DNA of 63,939 nucleotides, filler included, from Octopus bimaculoides (lineage: Eukaryota), in the NCBI RefSeq assembly GCF_001194135.2. It is 5 parts of 5 records of this genome, joined end to end, with 100 filler letters (N's around TTAATTAATTAA, not from the genome) between each part and the next. Parts side by side here need not be neighbours in the genome. Positions count along the whole stretch, not along the records: positions 22,167 to 39,249 come from NC_068990.1; positions 39,350 to 56,419 come from NC_068991.1; 3 more parts are not named here. One strand, written 5' to 3'. Each line of letters starts with the position of its first letter. Positions within the stretch are counted from its first letter, which is position 1. The notes under the pieces are model-generated. The model made no database searches, was not told where the DNA came from, and worked only from the letters and a program-made list of their open reading frames with translations. Shown piece after piece: positions 29,295 through 41,308 of this stretch. A program made the position numbers and the translations under genes.

Positions 29295-29329
<35 letters not shown>

Positions 29330-29721
29330 GGTATGTATATATGTGAATGTACATATATATTTGTGTATGTATATTCACACACGCACGTACGCATGTCTCT
29401 ACACCTCCCTAATACACCTACAAAGTTCTTTCACTTTCAGCTCTATAGCTTCACACCAGTACCATCATCACTACCATCGCCACTATCCTCCACCATGACC
29501 AACACCAACACCATCAATACCACTATTCTCCTCCATTAGGGAACCCTACAGCTTTATGGCCCCTACATTAAATTTTTCTCCCCCACATCAAAAGCTTCCA
29601 TACTGCCAAACTTTATTTTAATGTCTTACTATTTCAGTACAAAAGAGTAACATATTTTCCCCCCTCCACTTTCAACACATTCCCACTGTTAAAAACACAC
29701 GCACACGCGCACACACCCATA

Positions 29722-29776
<55 letters not shown>

Positions 29777-30736
29777 GCACAAACACATAGACAAATAGAG
29801 TAATATGTTTATAAATCCTATGCGCATATGATATGCACGCACATACAAGTGTATGTACGTACGTGTATATGTATATGTATATATATNNNNNNNNNNNNNN
29901 NNNNNTATATACATACGAACATAAATATTATAAATGTATATACGTATGTATAAGTACACATACACGAACATGTTCATATCCATAAGCTTAGTTTTATGTT
30001 AACCTGAGTCAAGTGTATGCACGTATAAATATAGTTGTGCACTTAAAAATTCGTACATACATAAATGCATCTATATTCATATACATTTACACGCAATTGT
30101 ACGCATAGACGTATGTGTATACCTTTGGTTATATCTATGTGTTTGTAGAAATGTAAGCGCATGGGATATATACATACTTGTGTAGAAACAACATGTACAC
30201 ATTAAAAAAAAAGCATGCTTACATACAAATGGCATACATACGCACTCATGTATATTTACAAATATACTTGTATGCATACAAGCATAAACACACACACACG
30301 CACACATATTGACTGATATGAAGTAAATGTAATAATCTACGCTTGCATGCCTTTGTATTAAATATATATATTCTAATCTATATAATACTCGCAAATTAAC
30401 ACTATTGTAGAATGAAATAGACAAATATAAATAGCAAAACGTTAGTTGATAACACAACTATCGTATTTAAAATTCTACTCAAAATTACAAGCACAAAATA
30501 AACAGACGTATAGCGACTTCGTAACGCAGTAAGAACTGTGAGTGATATACGAAAATTGGCGTGGCTGTGTGGTAAGACGTTTGCTTCCGTACCACATGAT
30601 TCCGAGGCCCAGCCCCATCGCGTGTCGCCTTGGGCAAATACCTTCTACTATAGCCTCGCGCCGACCAAAACATTGTGCGTGGATTTGGGAGACCGAAACG
30701 GAAAGAAGTCCTACGAATATATATATATATAGACTT

Positions 30737-30875
30737 ATTCGGTAGCCATGATAAAACTCCGAGTTTCGGATGCCGGGGTTCCCAGGAATTTTCAATGGCC
30801 GGATAACTGAAGAGATGTTGGCGTGGGTTCCCACCCCGGCATCCGAAACTCGGAGTTTTATCATGGCTACCGAAT
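30737..30875. repeat. Perfect 43-bp inverted repeat with a 53-bp spacer
   Basis: 30737-30779 attcggtagccatgataaaactccgagtttcggatgccggggt is the exact reverse complement of 30833-30875. Confidence 0.97.
30795..30870 (+). ncRNA. Minimal type I hammerhead ribozyme motif
   Basis: Stem I GAUAA 30802-06 pairs with UUAUC 30858-62. Core CUGAAGA 30807-13. Stem II GAUGUUGG 30814-21 pairs with CCGGCAUC 30836-43 (two GU pairs, one extra C), capped by a GUGG/CCAC hairpin. GAAA 30845-48. Helix III ACUC-g-GAGU is a palindrome with a 1-nt loop. Predicted cleavage after GUU at 30857. Confidence 0.75.
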
Positions 30876-31875
30876 TTGTGTTACATATTTTTTCAGATAA
30901 ATTCCTCTATTTACATATTATCGAGGTCTCTTTCTTTCTTTTGTTGTCCTTCCTATCAATATATATATATATATATATACATGTGTGTGGGTCGAATCTT
31001 GAGTCTGTGCTTGTCCCCACCACCGCTCGTCAACCAATGCTTGTTTGCTTACGTCCCTGTAACTTAGCAGTTCGGCTAAAAGAAATCCGATATAATAAAT
31101 GTCAGACTTTAAAAAAAAAATCAAATAATAAATATTGGAGTTGATTCATTCAATTAAATATTCTTCAAGGAGATGTCCCAGCATGGCAGCAGTCTAATGA
31201 CTGAAACACATAAAGAGATAAAACGAAGAAAAAGGAATTAAAATTTAAGATTCGATAATCAAGGTGTTATTAGTCACAATATCATTTCCACTATTCATGT
31301 TGCTTAGTATTAAGAAAACAATACACTAACCTAACCCACCTTACAACTACTTCATCTAGAAGATAAGGCCGAGTTGATTTAGTAATACTAATACACCTGG
31401 GAATGTCATTGATTCAAGCTCGATAGAAAGGGAGTAACAAGGAAATACGGAAAATCATGGATAAGAAACACAAAACCCGAACACTGTTTCGTTTACATGT
31501 TTAATTGCATACGTGCACACATGCATGTATACGTGTAAAGATGTATACATACATACATACATACGTATAAACATGCGTACCGGCATGCATGCAAACACAT
31601 GCTTACGTACAGGCACATTTGTGTGTGTGTGTGTGCGTGTGTGTGTGTACATGTGTAAGTACATATATATACATGTTTCTACAAATATACACGAATATAT
31701 AAATGTATGTATTAAAGTTTATAAAGTTCCAATTTAACTATTTCTAAGAATGGAGATCCAATCACCATCGTCAGTAAATGTATTGACGTTAATTTTCAAC
31801 TTGCTTTAATCTAATGGCCTCACTTTGAGATTCATATGTACGTTTATGTGTGTCAATGCGTGTATGTACGTATGA

Positions 31876-31939
<64 letters not shown>

Positions 31940-31974
31940 NNNNNNNNNNATATATATATATAAATGTGTACGTG

Positions 31975-32013
<39 letters not shown>

Positions 32014-34666
32014 TATTGATAGAGAGATAAACAGACAAGCAGACAGTCAGACAGTTAGATACACAGACAGACTGACGAACAAGGAGCTAGTAAAAACATA
32101 TATACACTCATACATATATATATATTATAATTTACATGTATACATACATGCATACATGTATATTTGTATTTATGTATGCATATAAATACACTTGCACATA
32201 CACACACACGCGCAAACACACATTCGCATATATGAGCATTCATATATAATTATATTGAGAGAGTTATATGTACGTATACAATTATGTATGGATACACACA
32301 CGTGCTTAGCAGAGCCGTCCTGCTAACAGGGCATTTGCCATAAGCATTTTTGAAATTTTTTATCTTTTTTTTTTTTATTCATATGCTCGCATTTTGTGAA
32401 ATGTATTGAACATCAACAGTTGCACGGTTTGAAACAGCTGACTGAGCATCAAACCACTAGAGTTGTATGAACTTTTCTACCAGAGCGGGTTCAAATGTCC
32501 TCATCACATATAGTGTTTGATGGAGAATTATTGGTGTGAAACCTTTGGGCATTGCACAATATTGAAATATTAGGTTATTGGAAATATTGAATTTCTAGAA
32601 TAATGATGAATCAAAAGCTGAATATGGAGATATTGGCATATTGATATTAAACTACTTGATTATCTGAAATTGGTATTTATTGTTTATTGCCATATCATAC
32701 TGGGGAAACAGCAGTTTTCATCTGATTACTCTTGTTAAGCAATGTTGAGACAGTCTTCATTACCACTTACATTGGTAAATTGCTTGGGAAATCAACTTTC
32801 TCTGTGGTTGTCAATGATTTAGATATATTTGCTTTGCTGTTGCCATATAACACATGATATATCGATTCGTGCCTAAACTTTAATACTTCTTTTATTCCAT
32901 TATATTCTTTAAACTTCAAATATTCAATGTTCAGTAAAGGATATCTCCACGTGTCGTTAAAATTGTGTTAGTCCATCAAAAACACACGACACTGAAATCT
33001 TCCAATGCCGAGCACATCTCTTCCAGAAAAGCTAAATCTCACAAATATCACTGAAACTGATGTTAATCCTGTTATTAATCGTGTACTAGTTGGTAATGTT
33101 TCGTCTTTACGTCTGCCCTGATATAGATGAACATATTGTACATATTAAGCCTGTTTTCAGACAATATATATGACTATATTATCCAAAGTATTATCCCCTT
33201 GTAAAGACTGTAACAGTGTGATTTCAGAGGAATTTGGTTGCTATTTTTAACTGTTTGGTCACTAAAAAGATATCCCATCGTTGCTGTTGTTGTTGTACAG
33301 TACTTAATAATTGTCCAATTGTAATGCTGTAACAGAAGTAGCCATTAAATATACCTTTGATGTGTGTGAAGTCGATAAATTTGTACCAGTGATATACGTC
33401 GGTACAAAATACAGCCTCAGCTCCACTCTATGAAATACAGACTTGCACCTAGTCGAAACATATCGTTAATATCTTCGTTTTTATAGTGAGATGCTTTTCA
33501 ACCTCTACAGCGTATAGCTTTTCTATCGTCTTTTTTCTTTTCCTTAGATCTACCTAATCACGTCTACGCAGACTCACAACTCCGAGTAGAGGAAATCACA
33601 CATTCTTCTACTCTAACGATTCAAGCATCTCTCTTTCTCCTTATTTCTCTCTATTATGCATACAATCCTGCAGGGTCTGTACTGACTGCTACACGCAGTC
33701 CTCCGTCTGGCATTCTACCTCCCACTGCACGCGTCTTTCTTGAAGTTTTCGAATTTCAACAGTTTAAGTGGGAAGTTAAAGAAATTAATCTCGCCCGGTT
33801 TTGGAAGCATCCGAAAGCTATTAACACTTCTGCTTTCTCTAAATCTAGCTAATAGTTGTGTTTGCGCGCGGGAGTATGTGAGTGGCGGGGTGCATGTATG
33901 CGTGCGTACCTTGCTGAGTCTTGCATTCTATTTATGGTATAAAATGACATTCGTATGGATTTTTCATGGTAGAACACATGACATTTTTGAAGGTTTTCCG
34001 AATGTGGCGACACAAAAGGTGAAAACTCTTGACAGCCAAAGACTGGAGACGATTCTGAACGTTTGAGACGTTTGAGGCTATGATAGAGACGCTCAAGAAT
34101 TAAACTAGAGTTGTATGAACTTAGGCATTAAAATCTACCGGTTGAGAATGAGTACTGTTCATCTAAGCTTCGACACAGCTTGTTTCATAATGTTATTCAT
34201 AATATATAACCAACAGTAAGTGATTATTTCAGTGCTTTCCTCCACATTAATATCACCGCCTTCAATAATATCCACATTTCATTCAAATCCAATTACACTA
34301 AAAGTCTCAGCATATTCAAATATCCATCGCATTAAGATCACCATCACATTAAATTTCTCACCACTATAAAATATCCGCATTAAAATTTTCACTGCATTAA
34401 AACCCCACCATATTAAAATATCCACCGCAGAAATATATAAGCCATGGAGGGAGTCTCTACCTTCTCGCTTTTTCTATTAAACATAACAGCCAAATTTTCA
34501 CGCTCAGCCTTCATAAATACAGCAAAGGATTATAGATATGCAAATGTAGTAATACCTACCTAAAAGACGGGGTGATCACGATTGTAACGTCCATGAATGT
34601 AGGTCGGCTCTGTCAGAGTTGCTCTGGGAAAACAGCAGGAAGAATAACAGCAATAACACGGTATAC

Positions 34667-35662
34667 ACGGATGGGGGTTACCCAAAAGTAACCGGAAACG
34701 TTCTCTGTGGGACAAGTCCATTGTAGTTCAGGCTTCCGCCGCTAGAAGCCACTTTATGCAACCCTCAGGCATCAGACTGCGGGCAGATGTCGTCAGGTGT
34801 GGTCGTATTGTCATGTGCTGCGTCTTTGTTTTGTATTATTTCTCCCAGTTCGTCGATTTTTGCAATGGATGAAACGAAGAGAGAGAGTGTGCTTCCGTGA
34901 AATTCTGTTTTCTGTTGGAAAAACGACGGCGGAAACAGTTCTCATGCTTCAAACAACTTACAAAGACGCTGCCATGAGCAAAACACAAGTTTACGAATGG
35001 TTTCCACGCTTTAGAAATGGTCAGTTGTTGCTTGATGACCAACCTCGTTCAGGGCGAACATCGACTTCCCAAATGAATGAAAACATCACGACAATTCATG
35101 AACTGATCCTGGAGGAACGTCGCCGAACAATTGACAAACTTGTTGATATGACTGCTGTGTCCTGAAGCTCCTGCCAACTACTTTTGAGCGAGGAATTGCG
35201 AATGAAAAGAGCTGCTGCAAGTTTNNNNNNNNNNNNNNNNNNNNNNNNNNNNNNNNNNNNNNNNNNNNNNNNNNNNNNNNNNNNNNNNNNNNNNNNNNNN
35301 NNNNNNNNNNNNNNNNNNNNNNNNNNNNNNNNNNNNNNNNNNNNNNNNNNNNNNNNNNNNNNNNNNNNNNNNNNNNNNNNNNNNNNNNNNNNNNNNNNNN
35401 NNNNNNNNNNNNNNNNNNNNNNNNNNNNNNNNNNNNNNNNNNNNNNNNNNNNNNNNNNNNNNNNNNNNNNNNNNNNNNNNNNNNNNNNNNNNNNNNNNNN
35501 NNNNNNNNNNNNNNNNNNNNNNNNNGAACAGTGGTAAATGCGTCTGGTCTGATGCATTGCTTCGAATGGAGAATACTTTGTAGGCGATAAATGAGTAAAC
35601 GTAAAACTAAGTGAAAAAAATAGCTTTGCAAAATTACGGTTCCTTTTAGGTATCCCTTCGTA
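34667..35662 (+). mobile_element. Decayed Tc1/mariner (mariner-type) transposon
   Basis: Imperfect TIRs ggggttacccaaaagtaaccggaa and attacggttccttttaggtatcccttcg followed by ta. Frameshifted transposase from ATG 34865: KTTAETVLMLQTTYKDAAMSKTQVYEWFPRFRNG..LDDQPRSGRTST..; C-terminal CIASNGEYFVGDK*. The middle lies in an N gap. Confidence 0.9.
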
Positions 35663-35699
35663 ATTGTTAAAGAGAGTATCTTTAGAACATTTTTCCGGT

Positions 35700-35901
35700 A
35701 TTTATTTCTTTATTGCCCACAGGGGCCTAAACATAGAGGGGACAATCAAGGACAGTGCGTAACTGGTACTTATTTAATCAACCCCAAAAGGATGAAAGGC
35801 AAAGTCGACCTCGGCGGAATTTGAACTCAGAACGTAAAGGCTGACGAAAAACCGCTAAGTATTTCGCCCGGTGTGCTAACGATTCTGCCAGCTCACCGCC
35901 C
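35700..35901 (-). mobile_element. SINE group A (tail type 2, small internal deletion)
   Basis: Head, B-box and core intact; tail tttctttattgcccacagggg..aaacatagaggggaca. Confidence 0.88.
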
Positions 35902-36245
35902 TAATTTCTTTTTCCGGTATTGACATATATACTCAAGCGTGGAGTATCATGAACTGGTATTCTTCAAGTACATGCCTGGTAGTTATTACATTCACCAAAG
36001 AAGGATGGAAATGACGAATTCGTAGGAAAAAGAGGGAAGGAATAATCACCTTCTCTCTGTCTCACACACTCTCTTTCTCTTCTTCTCCACCCACTCACTC
36101 TCTTTCTCTGTTTTTCTCCTTCTCTTTTATCGTGTATTTCCTCTCTGTTTTAATTGCTTCTTCTTTTGAAAAATAATTATTCACTACTGATCCCTCGCTT
36201 TGCTCCCCTCTCTCCTTCACTCTGTCCTCCTCTCCCTTACTCTCC

Positions 36246-36307
<62 letters not shown>

Positions 36308-37047
36308 CTCTTTCTCTTTACTCTTACTCTCCACCTTCGTCTAATTGCCTCTTCCTTTGAAATAAAATTTTGTTTAAGAGAAAAATTAATCGCAGCTAAC
36401 AATATCAAACAATTTCAACTGTTATTGATGTAGTCAATTACAGTTATTGCTATTATTGTTTTCATTATTGCTGTTGTTGTTTTTCCTATACTTTTAGTTG
36501 AGTTTGTTGTTGCATTTAATAAAATCATTTAATAACAACAAACAAAAAATCAATACAAATTTCAGATATACAAAATGATTTCACTTTACATTCACCCACT
36601 CTTTCCATCTCTCTCTCTTTCTCTGTTTTAGTTCCTTTCTCTGCTATAGTTCCTCGCTCTCAGTCACGCCCTCGTTCACTCTACATCTCTTCCTTTTCAA
36701 TAATTCACTCAGTAAATTCTCACTTCTTTTCACTAATTTACTCTTTTTCTAAGTCTTTCTCTTTAAATATGTTTATTTCTCACACTGATTGAAGGCCACT
36801 GTTTTATTGTCGGCAGTTTTATTCTATTTGAGTCATTCATCTATATGTCTATTCTTATTTGTTATTGTTTAGTACCCTCTAAGCTCCGATCAAACAAACC
36901 TGCGATCAAAGTAGTTCCAGCTATGACCATCTCATCTTTCTTTATTTCTCTATTATTCAATGTGATCTCTCTTTTTAAAGGCAATATAGTATGGTTTTAA
37001 GTTTGAGTGTCAAGCAATCTCATAGTAGCTTAAATAATAAAAATAAA

Positions 37048-37295
37048 TGCGCCCTTTTAAAGCCTAGCCAGGTTCATGGGCCCGGTTCCCCGGTTTCAAT
37101 GGCGTATGTGTTCCCCAGCTGGACGGGACGCCAGTCCATCGCAGCGTTACTCATTTTTGCCAGCTGAGTGGACTGGAGCAACGTGAAATGAAGTGTTTTG
37201 TTCAGGAACACAACGCGTCGCCCGGCCCAGGAATCGAAACCACAATCTTACGATCATGATGCTGACACCCTAACCACTAAGCCACGCGTCTCCAC
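37048..37295 (-). mobile_element. tRNA-derived SINE, group C
   Basis: Head gtggagacgcgtggcttagtggttag, B-box gtttcgattcc, centre gtgttcctgaacaaaacacttcatttcacgttgctccagtccactcagctggcaaaaatgagt, tail gcgatggactggcgtcccgtccag. Confidence 0.85.
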
Positions 37296-37738
37296 CATAG
37301 TTGCTTACCTGCTTCTTAATGTTGCATTAACCTTGATGACATAAAAGTGAAATAATAATTTTGGCAAGATTTTGAACTCGCAACGTGGACGGATAAAGTG
37401 TATATAAGCCGTTAGCATCAGCATCATTTAGGGACTTTTATGAATTTAGTAAAATTCATATAGTGAATTGATGAGCATCTAGGTGTCTCGAAATAATCTC
37501 ATCATTGGAGTAAAGTAACTTCCAACAGAGGTTCAGTCTAGAAATCCCCTATATGGTTGTGTGATTAAGAAGTTTGCTTGGCAGCAACGTGGTTTTGGCT
37601 TCAATAACATTGCCTGCTGGCACCTTAGGCAACGGTCTCCCACCAGGGCCTCAGGTCAATCACAGTATTTTTAGTTTTAAAAAAGGCTTGTTAAAAAAAC
37701 GTTGTATGAAAACTTGTTAGAAGGACCGCTCTTATTAC

Positions 37739-37902
37739 CTGGTTATTGTTTACTCCAGAGCCCACTTCAACACCATAACCTAGCCCTTGGGATCCTTCTG
37801 AGAAACCCACACTATTGCAAGCATTCAGGAATAATAAATATCCTCCATTTCTTCTTCTATTATCAGAAGCTCTGAAGAGAATTCTAAGCGCTGCCATTCC
37901 AC
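37739..37902 (-). CDS. Candidate internal coding exon of an unidentified host gene
   Basis: Strong acceptor (ctttgctttttttttcacttgatag) and donor (cag|gtaata) bound 164 nt open in one frame (GMAALRILFRASDNRRRNGGYLLFLNACNSVGFSEGSQGLGYGVEVGSGVNNNQ). No recognised homology. Confidence 0.25.
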
Positions 37903-39111
37903 CTATCAAGTGAAAAAAAAGCAAAGTTATTTATACGATAATACCAATGAGATATCACCTGTATTCAATATGCTGTAATCGTCTTAACAGACTGGACATA
38001 TGCCTTAAAAGGAATATCACCCCAACTACCATGCGATACATCACGAAGATTATTGTATCCTGCTTCTGCAGGGTTACTTAAGCTGTTAGAAATATCTGTC
38101 GTTTTCCCTCAAACTACTCAACACCCTCTTAATCATAAAGAGCACAATGAGTGTGATCTGTGACTGGGGAAAAAAGACGGAATATTTACAGATGGGTCAT
38201 CTGTGACATTAGTCTGATCTATTAACCTTGATCTCGGCCTAAAAATCATCATTAACAACAACGGCGGCAACGCTAGGAGCTGGAAACAATAACGTCTGAG
38301 AAGCAGAAGCGGGAATTGACGGACTTAAGAAGATAATGATGACATCGTATTGCTACGGTTATTGTCGTTGTTGTTATTATTATTATTACTGTTGTTGTTG
38401 TTGTTATTGCTGTTGTCGTCGTCGTCGATAATGATGATGATGATGATGATGATGAGATGGAGGAGGAGAGGAAGGAGGAGGTCAGCGGTGGTGTTATGAT
38501 AACAATGATAGTGATGACTTTCATAAATAAGTTAGTTAAGTAAGGACCACTTAAAGACTTAATGAACGAATAGAATAGCTACCCCTAATAGTATTAAGTA
38601 TGATCTGAGTTTATAACTCAATTATCAAACTAGTTTCACATTTCTACAACATTGTCGCTCTTTTACACCAATATGCTTCATAATACATGACCAACTATCG
38701 AGTAAGCCTCTACCAGGTCGCTCGATTTGCTAAAAACACTAATAAGAATTTTCCTTAATTCACATACAAATAACATACACTCATACAACTGTCTTTTGAA
38801 AGAACATGTTTGATAATGTTCTGTTTTCCCTACGTATAGAAAAAATGTCTGTACTATGGTCGGAATGTTTCTGATTGTATGTCTGCTCGATCAGCATTGA
38901 CCGGGGGTTACACATCAACAACAACAACAATAATAGCATCATCATCACCAACTATGATTGCTATTATCATGCACACAAACTGAGCCAGACGGCGTTAAAT
39001 GATCTGACTGGGAACGTTGTACAGAACACTGGTGACAGGATGTGAACCAACAACTCTTTGGTTCACACGTTATTGTGTGGACCACACACAACTCCACCAC
39101 AAAGTGATATA

Positions 39112-39148
<37 letters not shown>

Positions 39149-39293
39149 TATATACATATATATATACATATACAAACACACACACATACACACACGCATA
39201 ACGGATACACGTGAACTTGTATGTATATATATATATATAAATATATATANNNNNNNNNNNNNNNNNNNNNNNNNNNNNNNNNNNNNNNNNNNN

Positions 39294-39305
39294 TTAATTA
39301 ATTAA
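39294..39305. other. Artificial scaffolding linker
   Basis: TTAATTAATTAA inside an N block. Confidence 0.95.
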
Positions 39306-39404
39306 NNNNNNNNNNNNNNNNNNNNNNNNNNNNNNNNNNNNNNNNNNNNGTTTACTTCAAGAAAAAAAAAATCTCGTTTAATGCATTTAAATATCTCAGT
39401 TATA

Positions 39405-39603
39405 GGCGCAGGCGTGGTTCTAATGTAAGAGGCTCGCTTCCCAACCACTTGGTTCCGAGTTCAGTCCCATAGCATAGTATCTTGGGCAAGTGACTTCAAC
39501 TAAAGTCGTGGGTCGACCAAAGCCTTGTCAGTGGATTTGGTAGACGGAAACTGAAAGAAGCCTGTCGTATATATCAATATATATATATATATATATGTAT
39601 ATA

Positions 39604-39642
<39 letters not shown>

Positions 39643-39840
39643 CACACACACACACACAACCGATGTTGGTGTGTTTACGTTCCTGTAACATAGCGGTTCA
39701 GCCAAAGAGTCCGATAGAATAAGCGTACTGGGCTTACAAAGAATAAGTCCTGGGTTCGATTTCTTCGACTAAAAAAGCCTTTAAGGCGGTGCTCCAGCAT
39801 GACCACGGTCAAATGACTAAAACAAGTAAAAGAACAAAAG
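39405..39840 (+). mobile_element. SINE group B, full length
   Basis: ggcgcaggcgtggtt head, gagttcagtccc B-box, core, internal TA/TG/GA/CA tract, tail gctccagcatgaccacggtcaaatgact. Confidence 0.88.
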
Positions 39841-40151
39841 AATATAAGAATGAAAGAATAGTATTTAGTTGACATGTCTTGTACAGAATACGTTAACGAA
39901 TTTGAAGCACCAAGTTGTGTCTTCACAGATAAAGCAGTATAATGAAGGGTGTCTATTTAATTTTGACGCATGTGTGTGTGTGTGTGTGGATTGCGTTTAA
40001 GTTCAGCCCCGTCAATTCACCGTGAAGAAAGTTCACCGCGAGGGAAGTTTAGCGAGAAAATATATTCATAGTATCACACTATTAATAGTTAAAAAGCTAT
40101 TTTATTGAATGAGAAAACGGTGAATTGGTGACATTGAAGATGGTGTGTGTG

Positions 40152-40190
<39 letters not shown>

Positions 40191-40200
40191 GGCGAGATGT

Positions 40201-40436
40201 AAGGTGGTGAGCTGGCAGAAACGTTAGCACGCCGGGCGAAATGCTTAGCGGCATTTCGTCTGCCGCTACGTTCTGAGTTCAAATTCCGCCGAGGTCGACT
40301 TTGCCTTTCATCCTTTCGGGATCGATAAATTAAGTACCAGCTACGCACTGGGGTTGATGTAATCGACTTAATCCCTTTGTCTGTCCTTGTTTGTCCCCTC
40401 TATGTTTAGCCCCTTGTGGGCAATAAAGAAATAAGA
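40201..40436 (+). mobile_element. SINE group A (tail type 2), well preserved
   Basis: ggtgagctggcagaaacgttagc...gagttcaaattccgccgaggtcgac...gggcaataaagaaataag. Confidence 0.9.
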
Positions 40437-40888
40437 TAGAGAGAAAGACAGATAGATAGACAGATAGATACACACATACATACATACATACATACATACA
40501 TACATACATACATACATGCATGCATGCACGTACATACATACATACACACATGCGTGTGTGTGAGTGAGTGTGTGTGTGTGTGTGTGTGTATGTGTAATGT
40601 ATGCAGATGTATGTGTGTTGTATGTCAGCTTATGCGTTCGTGTGAGACTTGAGCCGAAATTGTAGTGTAACAGACCGCTGGATTGCATAAATAAGCTATA
40701 CTTACGCGCGCGCGCGCGTGCATAAGAATGTGCGTGTGTGTATCTGTGTGTGTGTGCGCGCGCGCGTGTCTGTGTGTGTGTATGTATGTGTGTGTACGCA
40801 CACTTGCATATACATATATATAATATCTCTCAGAAGTTTGTTCTAAGTGGCCGGACATCGGTTCTTTTTAAACTTGTCACTCCCTAGA

Positions 40889-40930
<42 letters not shown>

Positions 40931-41186
40931 NNNNNNNNNNNNNNNNNNNNNNNNNNNNNNNNNNNNNNNNNNNNNNNNNNNNNNNNNNNNNNNNNNNNNN
41001 NNNNNNNNNNNNNNNNNNNNNNNNNNNNNNNNNNNNNNNNNNNNNNNNNNNNNNNNNNNNNNNNNNNNNNNNNNNNNNNNNNNNNNNNNNNNNNNNNNNN
41101 NNNNNNNNNNNNNNNNNNNNNNNNNNNNNNNNNNNNNNNNNNNNNNNNNNNNNNNNNNNNNNNNNNNNNNNNNNNNNNNNNNNNNN

Positions 41187-41226
<40 letters not shown>

Positions 41227-41308
41227 TACATGGATCATCAGTCCAATATGGCATAATATTTTGTCTCATGTTACATCTATTAAAGAGGTCATGTGACACA
41301 CAAACAAT

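Larger units (their letters stand above)
30731..30958 (+). mobile_element. Probable Penelope-like pseudo-LTR remnant with an inverted partial copy
   Basis: Contains a minimal hammerhead motif and a 43-bp perfect inverted repeat, inserted into a (TA)n tract. No RT or GIY-YIG sequence is seen, so the family call is inference. Confidence 0.5.
30556..31215 (+). mobile_element. tRNA-derived SINE, group B, interrupted by a ~230-bp insertion
   Basis: Head ggcgtggctgtgtggtaaga, core ccttgggcaa..ctactatagcctc, internal TA/TG tract, tail cagcatggcagcagtctaatgactgaaac; foreign sequence at ~30731-30958. Confidence 0.85.

Noticed and set aside
16660-32250. Numerous YI-, CV-, TH- and RE-rich ORFs and X-filled ORFs
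   Set aside because: They are translations of (TA)n, (TG)n, (CA)n and (GA)n microsatellites and of N gaps.
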